Source of the DNA: a virus
Lineage: Duplodnaviria; Caudoviricetes
DNA length: 64,000 nucleotides
Direction: 5' to 3' (one strand)
IMG/VR virus record: IMGVR_UViG_3300018719_000041
Location: 2,037 to 66,036 of that record
Shown: positions 58,762 through 64,000 of the stretch, one piece after another
How the letters are laid out: every line of letters starts with the position of its first letter
Numbering within the stretch: position 1 is the first letter of the stretch
The notes under the pieces: generated by a model
The model's database searches: none
What the model was told of the DNA's origin: nothing
Seen by the model: only the letters and a program-made list of their open reading frames with translations
Translations under genes and position numbers: made by a program

Positions 58762-58958
58762 ATGAAGGAGGATAGGAGAGGTGTCGAGAACCTAAAACCC
58801 CAATGACATCACGCAGTGAAGAATGGGGATAAGTTGGAAATGTGCGGCACCGAGCGAACGCGTCTGGTTCTGCCGCAGCCGAAAATGAGCAGGTCTCAAA
58901 CTGGCCGGATTGACCCAGTTAGTATCTTGTAACAGTCTCCGCCTTAAAGGGGGCGGGC

Positions 58959-59690
58959 ATGTCGCGCAAAGCCTTTGAAAGAACGCTGGAGTTCATTCGC
59001 GCGCTCGACGAGGCCAAGAGCCCGGCCGAGATCTGTGAAAGGCTTCTGGCTTCAATCAGGCAGTTCGGGGCGGAGTATGTTCTCGCGGGCACCATTCCGG
59101 GCCCAGGTACGAGCCGGCAGCAGCAGATGTCGAGTGTCGTCCTCGATCATTGGCCGAAGGAGTGGAGCCAGCGCTACTTTTCCCACGGTTACATCTTTCG
59201 GGATCCGGCGATCAAAGCGGTCAGGATGAGTCCGTCCTCGTTCCTGTGGAGTGAGCTGGAGCCTGTCTGTCGAGGCGACACCCAGGCGCGGCGCATCATG
59301 GACGAGGCCAGGGATTTCCGGCTCAAGCAGGGGGTCACGATCCCTTTGACGATGCTCGACGGCGACGTGGCGGGCTTTTCGATTGCCGGGGAGCGCCTTG
59401 ATCTGTCTCCGGAGGACCGCGGCGTTCTCACCCTCCTGGCCACTTACGCCCTCGGCCGCTCGATTTTCCTTCGAGAGGCAGGCGATCGGACAGAGATCAA
59501 GCTGACGCCTCGGGAAAAAGAGACGCTCCAGTGGGCGGCGGAAGGCAAGACCGAGTCTGAGATCGGTGAACGGATGGGCATCTCGGAGCATGGGGTCGAC
59601 AAGCATATGCGCTCTGCTCGCGAGAAGCTCGGGACGAGAACCCGAACTCACGCTGTCGCGGAAGCATTGCGCCTGCACCTCATCAAATGA
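58959..59690 (+). CDS. luxR: LuxR-family AHL receptor (LuxR2, cognate of the synthase)
   Basis: W...Y........DP...FLW...G pocket; LTPREKETLQWAAEGK HTH. Confidence 0.92.
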   Translation: MSRKAFERTLEFIRALDEAKSPAEICERLLASIRQFGAEYVLAGTIPGPGTSRQQQMSSVVLDHWPKEWSQRYFSHGYIFRDPAIKAVRMSPSSFLWSELEPVCRGDTQARRIMDEARDFRLKQGVTIPLTMLDGDVAGFSIAGERLDLSPEDRGVLTLLATYALGRSIFLREAGDRTEIKLTPREKETLQWAAEGKTESEIGERMGISEHGVDKHMRSAREKLGTRTRTHAVAEALRLHLIK

Positions 59691-59692
59691 AG

Positions 59693-59710
59693 AGTACGGG
59701 ATCGCGTACT
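59693..59710 (+). promoter_or_regulatory. lux-box-like 18-bp palindrome upstream of luxI
   Basis: AGTACGGGA|TCGCGTACT, 8/9 symmetric, 54 nt before the ATG. Confidence 0.65.
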
Positions 59711-59764
59711 TATGCCCCTTTGAGAGGCTGGCCAAATGTCAGCATCCAACCAGTGAGGGGCACC

Positions 59765-60397
59765 ATGATCCATATCGTTACGCCAGAAAATGAATACCTG
59801 TTCCGCAATGAGATGGAACAGGCCTACCGGCTGCGGCACCGCGTTTTCGTCGAGGAGAAGAAGTGGAGGGATCTCGCGAAGCCGGACGGGCGGGAGATCG
59901 ATCAGTTCGACAATGAATATGCCGTCCACATGCTCTACATCGAGGAAGGCAGGGTGCTGGGCTATCAGCGCATGTTGCCGTCCACGCGTCCGCATCTCTT
60001 GTCGGATGTACTGCCTCAGCTTTGTGAGGATGAGCGCCCGATCGGCGCTCACATTTGGGAGTGGACCCGGTATTGCGTCGAGCCGGCGCATCGCGAGCGC
60101 GGACGCACGCTAAGCCCGGTGGCGAATGCTCTTCTCTCCGGTATCGTCGAGTGGGGTCTCGAGAACGGGGTCAATTCGATCATCATTCAAATGAACCCGT
60201 TGTGGTTGCTGCGCCTGGTGCAGCTTCACTTCCGCACGATGCCTCTCGGGCTGCCCCAGAGGATCGGAGATGAAGACGTCGTCGCAGTCACGGCTTCCTT
60301 CGATCGTCGGACACTCACACGGCTTCAGGAGATGCGCGGCGACACGCGGCGTGTTCTTGCGGAGCCGTGGAGGGCGATCCAGCGCTTGGCCGGATAG
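59765..60397 (+). CDS. luxI: LuxI-family acyl-homoserine lactone synthase (BjaI/RpaI-like)
   Basis: RLRH.VFV...W, EIDQFD, RMLP, IWEWTRY and PLGLP motifs. Confidence 0.92.
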   Translation: MIHIVTPENEYLFRNEMEQAYRLRHRVFVEEKKWRDLAKPDGREIDQFDNEYAVHMLYIEEGRVLGYQRMLPSTRPHLLSDVLPQLCEDERPIGAHIWEWTRYCVEPAHRERGRTLSPVANALLSGIVEWGLENGVNSIIIQMNPLWLLRLVQLHFRTMPLGLPQRIGDEDVVAVTASFDRRTLTRLQEMRGDTRRVLAEPWRAIQRLAG

Positions 60398-60399
60398 CC

Positions 60400-60627
60400 A
60401 TGGACAGGAAAAAGGCGGAGATTGCCCTGGACGAGGAGCTGATGATCCTGCAGTTCTGGGCACATGGAGTAGACATTCTCCATAGGTTTAGTCAGGAGCA
60501 GCTCCAGGCAGTACCAGGCCTGAAGGAGGCGATCGATGCGGTCTCCAAGTTGCCGGATGAGATCGGCTGGGGTGATGAACCGCAGCACCTGCCAAGGCGC
60601 GGCAAGGATCGAACGGGCAAAGCCTAA
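60400..60627 (+). CDS. Small protein directly after luxI, CinS-like antirepressor candidate
   Basis: ATG 2 nt after the luxI stop; IL..FS......PGL.EAI..V resembles recalled Rhizobium CinS. Confidence 0.6.
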   Translation: MDRKKAEIALDEELMILQFWAHGVDILHRFSQEQLQAVPGLKEAIDAVSKLPDEIGWGDEPQHLPRRGKDRTGKA

Positions 60628-60636
60628 CAGTTTCCC

Positions 60637-61020
60637 TTAAGTCTTCGCTATGGCATTAGCGAGGTCCAGAAGAGCCCGGCGCACGGCCGGGCTCTCGATT
60701 CGGGTGAATGCTTTGGCGAGGTCTGTCCCGTCACGGCTGCTCAGAAAAGCCTGAATGGCGGTTGCCTCTTCGGTTGAGGTAGTGAGCCCTGACTGTCCCT
60801 CGAAGAAGGAAGATACCGGCACATCCAAGGCGTTGGCGATCTCTTGCAAGCGCCCTGACCCGATACGGTTCGTGCCCTTCTCGTATTTCTGAACCTGCTG
60901 GAAGGAAACCCCGAGCATCTCTCCAAGTCGCTCCTGACTGAGGCCAGCAAGCGTTCGAAGAAGACGAATACGAGCTCCGATATGTCTATCGACCGCGTTC
61001 GGGGATTTCTGAGACATCAT
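60637..61020 (-). CDS. PraR/PhrR-like XRE transcriptional regulator
   Basis: PN.VD.HIG.RIR, SQERLG..LGVSFQQVQKYEKGTNRI, VPVS.FFE and FLSS.DG..L..AF..I motifs. Confidence 0.88.
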   Translation of the reverse strand: MMSQKSPNAVDRHIGARIRLLRTLAGLSQERLGEMLGVSFQQVQKYEKGTNRIGSGRLQEIANALDVPVSSFFEGQSGLTTSTEEATAIQAFLSSRDGTDLAKAFTRIESPAVRRALLDLANAIAKT

Positions 61021-61104
61021 TCGCTCTCCTGCAGGGCTACGTACAACCTAAAGGAGAGGAAGTCTACGAGATGATACTGAGTATCGTTAAAGACGGTGGT
61101 TGAG

Positions 61105-61119
61105 GTTCAGTATCGGTTC
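61105..61119. promoter_or_regulatory. Possible LexA box in the xre/nuclease divergent region
   Basis: GTTC-AGTATCG-GTTC. Confidence 0.45.
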
Positions 61120-61430
61120 GTAATGTTCCGGTGTGGCTTGCTGGCCAACGCCAATTGCGGTCGCCACTTCAATGCCTATGAATATGGGTAGGAGAAGGAG
61201 GTGCATTTGGGCAGGCGTCTGGACAATCCTTTAAGGCCTCGTTGGCGGCGTAATCCCCAGAGGATCATCAACTCATCTGATCTCCGAAAATATGGGCTGC
61301 GGCAGAAAGAATGTGCCAACCGCAAGCACCTCTTTCCAATGCAGGATATGGTGTTGAGGCGCTCGCTTAGGCTGCTTTGGGATGGGCCTTGGTTAGTTTT
61401 ATCCCGTCTAAGCCGGATCAGGAAACGCTC

Positions 61431-62330
61431 ATGAGAGCCATTCTTCGCATCTCGGCCTTTGCCCTGGCGAGCTGTCTGCTGGTGCCGCAGGCAGGGGCGC
61501 AGAGCTGTCCTCAGCACTTCTTCAACGGAGCGCCTCCAAGCCTCCTCAACCCGAGGCTCGAGCCTAAGACCCGGCAGATCTGCTATTCCGAGTTCTCTTT
61601 GCTGCATTCAGGGCTCACACGCACCCCGCTCTGGGTTGCGGAGCATCTCACACCTGGCCGGGCAGCCGGCGCCCGTGACCTGAACCGGGTTAACAACTTC
61701 CACCCTGACCCGAACCTGCCGGCCAGCGAGCGGGCCGAACTCTCCGACTATGCCCGCAGCGGCTATGACCGCGGCCACATGGCGCCGGCTGGGGATATGG
61801 CCACGCCGCAGGGAATGGCCGAGTCGTTCTCCCTGGCCAACATGGTACCCCAGGACAGGGACAACAATCGCTATCTCTGGGAGAGCATCGAACGGGCCGT
61901 GCGGCGCTATTCCGAGCGGCACGAGGTCTATGTGGTGACCGGTCCCATCTTCCAGGGAGAGAGCCTCCAGAGCCTCAGAGGGCGGGTTCTGGTGCCCACG
62001 CATCTGGCCAAAGCAGTCTATGATCCGCAGCGCAATGCCGGGGCGGCCTACCTGGTGCCGAACCAGCCCGGGGATGATTATAAGGTCGTCTCTCTCGCCG
62101 ACCTGCAGCAGCTCTCGGGCATTGATGTCTTTCCGCAATTGCCAGCATCGGTGAAGCAGACCGCCATGGAGCTGCCGGTACCGCAGTTGCGCCGATCACG
62201 GCGCAATGCCCGCCCGGCCCCGAGACCGCCTGCGGCTGAACAGCAGTCGGCGCCAAGCCCAGGAACTCGAAACGATGATTTCGTCGGGGGAATCCTCGAC
62301 GCTATTAATGAATTCGGACGCGCCCGATGA
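61431..62330 (+). CDS. Secreted DNA/RNA non-specific endonuclease (NucA-type)
   Basis: Signal peptide; YDRGHMAP, NMVPQ...NR..W..IE and VVTGP motifs. Confidence 0.92.
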   Translation: MRAILRISAFALASCLLVPQAGAQSCPQHFFNGAPPSLLNPRLEPKTRQICYSEFSLLHSGLTRTPLWVAEHLTPGRAAGARDLNRVNNFHPDPNLPASERAELSDYARSGYDRGHMAPAGDMATPQGMAESFSLANMVPQDRDNNRYLWESIERAVRRYSERHEVYVVTGPIFQGESLQSLRGRVLVPTHLAKAVYDPQRNAGAAYLVPNQPGDDYKVVSLADLQQLSGIDVFPQLPASVKQTAMELPVPQLRRSRRNARPAPRPPAAEQQSAPSPGTRNDDFVGGILDAINEFGRAR

Positions 62331-62581
62331 CGAAGTTTCAGCCATTTTCAGACGACACTGCATCGCTCAGCATCAATGACCTGACTGTTGAGAACGGCAC
62401 GGACAAAGTCGCGATCTACGGCTCGTTGGATCTGACGAGGGACAAGGAGGGGCTCAAGAAGGCCCGTGCCTTGAAGGGGCTGGTGGATTCCGTCGTGAAG
62501 GCTTTGGCGCAGGATAAGGACCTGCCGGACAAGGCTCCGCAGGATGAGCCCACGCAGCAAGTGAAGAATCCATTTGCATAG
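62327..62581 (+). CDS. Small cytoplasmic protein coupled to the nuclease
   Basis: ATGA overlap; LTVEN..D.V.IYGSLDLTRDK.GL. Confidence 0.7.
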   Translation: MTKFQPFSDDTASLSINDLTVENGTDKVAIYGSLDLTRDKEGLKKARALKGLVDSVVKALAQDKDLPDKAPQDEPTQQVKNPFA

Positions 62582-62652
62582 GCAAGTTTTCCAATCGAAC
62601 ATGCCTCTGGAGCCCAGGCGCAAAGAAGGCCTGGGCCATAGGGGGCAGGATC

Positions 62653-62916
62653 ATGCGTAAGATTGCGGTATTCGTACTCGCGGCTATGGCCGCCGGCGCG
62701 ATTGGTCTATCGGCAGAGGCAAGCAGCCAGCAGGCCAAGGAATGGCTGATGGCCAGGGGCGGGAGCTGCAAGTCGGTCAGCACCTGTGAAGAGGCCGTCG
62801 AGCTTTGGTGCGGAGGCTACAGCAGGGCGGACGGTGATGGCGATGGCATTCCGTGTGAGAACGTCTGCCGGTCGAAGTCTCAGGTTGATGCAATCAAGCA
62901 AAGGGTTGGCTGCTGA
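62653..62916 (+). CDS. Excalibur Ca-binding domain exported protein
   Basis: Signal peptide; C....TC.EA...DGDGDGIPCE. Confidence 0.85.
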   Translation: MRKIAVFVLAAMAAGAIGLSAEASSQQAKEWLMARGGSCKSVSTCEEAVELWCGGYSRADGDGDGIPCENVCRSKSQVDAIKQRVGC

Positions 62917-62930
62917 TCCTTGGCAGCTTT

Positions 62931-63113
62931 CTACTTCAGCCAGAGTGCGAGGGCTGCCCCGGTCGCGGCCACTCCCAGGATAAGCAGGGCTCGCAGGCGC
63001 GTCCTGTGGGTAGCTACGGTGAACGCCGCTTCGGTATCGATTTCCAATTGGGTCAACCTTTCCGCGCTCTGCGGGCACTCGCACTCTACCTTCATCTCCT
63101 CGGCGATCTTCAA
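62931..63113 (-). CDS. Possible small membrane protein or remnant
   Basis: C-terminal hydrophobic stretch; start uncertain. Confidence 0.3.
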   Translation of the reverse strand: MKIAEEMKVECECPQSAERLTQLEIDTEAAFTVATHRTRLRALLILGVAATGAALALWLK

Positions 63114-63164
63114 GTCTCGGATGCTGATCCGTTAAAGTCTACTTAAGAGCAGATCTGCTTCGGC

Positions 63165-63674
63165 TTAGAGCACATTGTACTTGGGGCGCTGGAACTGCTT
63201 GTTATGTTGCAGATACTGCGCAAAGGCTTCATGCTCCAAGTACTTGATGATCCCATTAGCACGTTCGTATTCAGGGTCGGTGTGCTCCCCATTTTCGTCA
63301 GTGTCGTAGATATCGGACGGTCCGAAAGGCATGGCGCTTACATAAAGATAATTTCGCCTTGGCTTCCGGCTCTCAAGGTTCCCAGAAAATCTACTGGTAT
63401 CATGATCGAAAATGCCATGATCGCCCCATAAACGGCGTTCTTCTGGATCTCGTCTGAGATGCCGGTCATGACTTCTCCACCGCTGCCTCAACCCTCCTTT
63501 GCTAATGCTCATGCCAATATACCGGACCTTCTCCCAGGACATATTTGGGTTCGGTTCCGCATATCCAGAGAGGGCCATTCGGTAGACGCCGCCCTTTTCG
63601 CTGCCTGAAATCTGCGCTCGCTCGTGCCAGATGAACCAGGGGGAGAAAATGAGGTCGGGAATCTTGATGCTCAT
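63165..63674 (-). CDS. GIY-YIG-like nuclease family protein
   Basis: GVY...YIG.S...LRQRW..H, late E and P.YN; AT-richer than flanks. Confidence 0.65.
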   Translation of the reverse strand: MSIKIPDLIFSPWFIWHERAQISGSEKGGVYRMALSGYAEPNPNMSWEKVRYIGMSISKGGLRQRWRSHDRHLRRDPEERRLWGDHGIFDHDTSRFSGNLESRKPRRNYLYVSAMPFGPSDIYDTDENGEHTDPEYERANGIIKYLEHEAFAQYLQHNKQFQRPKYNVL

Positions 63675-63739
63675 CGGTGGTCCTTCTAGCGATACAAGGG
63701 ATCATGGTGGATCCCGTCGAGAAGCTTGACCATTCAACT

Positions 63740-64000
63740 TTAGGCGCCACGTGCCGCTAGCAGGCGCCCCGTCGTGGCCTTGATCTCCTCCGCCGCCTTC
63801 AGCCCTCGAATGCCGATCACGCCGCGGTCGATAGTCTTCCCATCCGCATCCTTCCTACCGTTGAAGAAGGTATCCCGCTGCTCCTTACTCATCTTTAAGA
63901 CGGCTCGGGCCTCGCATTCATGTTGCCATTCCTCAGACCAGGTGTTGACGGGCTGGCCGGTGAGCTCGGAAATTGCGGTCGTCTCGCGGGAGTAGGTCAT
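63740..64000 (-). CDS. Conserved hypothetical protein of phage-associated type
   Basis: V.TWSEEW.HECEAR.VL ... RG..AA pattern. Confidence 0.65.
   Translation of the reverse strand: MTYSRETTAISELTGQPVNTWSEEWQHECEARAVLKMSKEQRDTFFNGRKDADGKTIDRGVIGIRGLKAAEEIKATTGRLLAARGA

Noticed and set aside
1-64000. CRISPR array, IS/transposase, integrase/att, rRNA, reverse transcriptase (DGR/retron), fiber invertase
   Set aside because: No repeat-spacer array or diagnostic motifs seen in the sequence or ORF track

Overview
Most of the window is a temperate, contractile-tailed prophage or phage of an alphaproteobacterium (GC-rich, Hyphomicrobiales-like genes). From left to right it holds: an early-left operon (RecT/YqaJ, ParB, RecD-like helicase, methylase-like and J-domain genes); a lambdoid cI/cro switch with matching operators; an early-right replication operon; a RelE-HTH toxin-antitoxin pair; a ShosTA-like (DprA + HAD/PRTase) defence pair; a lambda-type cos/terminase/portal/head module; P2-like baseplate and tail genes; a SASA esterase; and lysis genes. 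No integrase or att site lies in the window, so the prophage ends are not defined. The most notable part is the cargo after the lysis genes (57.1-62.9 kb): two LuxR receptors, a BjaI/RpaI-like AHL synthase with an 18-bp lux-box palindrome, a small CinS-like ORF, a convergent PraR-like XRE repressor, LexA-box-controlled genes and a secreted nuclease cassette. This suggests a phage-associated circuit linking quorum sensing, antirepression and SOS. Also seen: two hairpin-rich noncoding leaders, 21-bp-phased GTCAC iteron-like repeats, a signal-peptide-like capsid N-terminus, a nested domain duplication in the sheath and a single in-frame stop in the tape measure gene. Family calls come from motif recognition and recall only; no searches were run.
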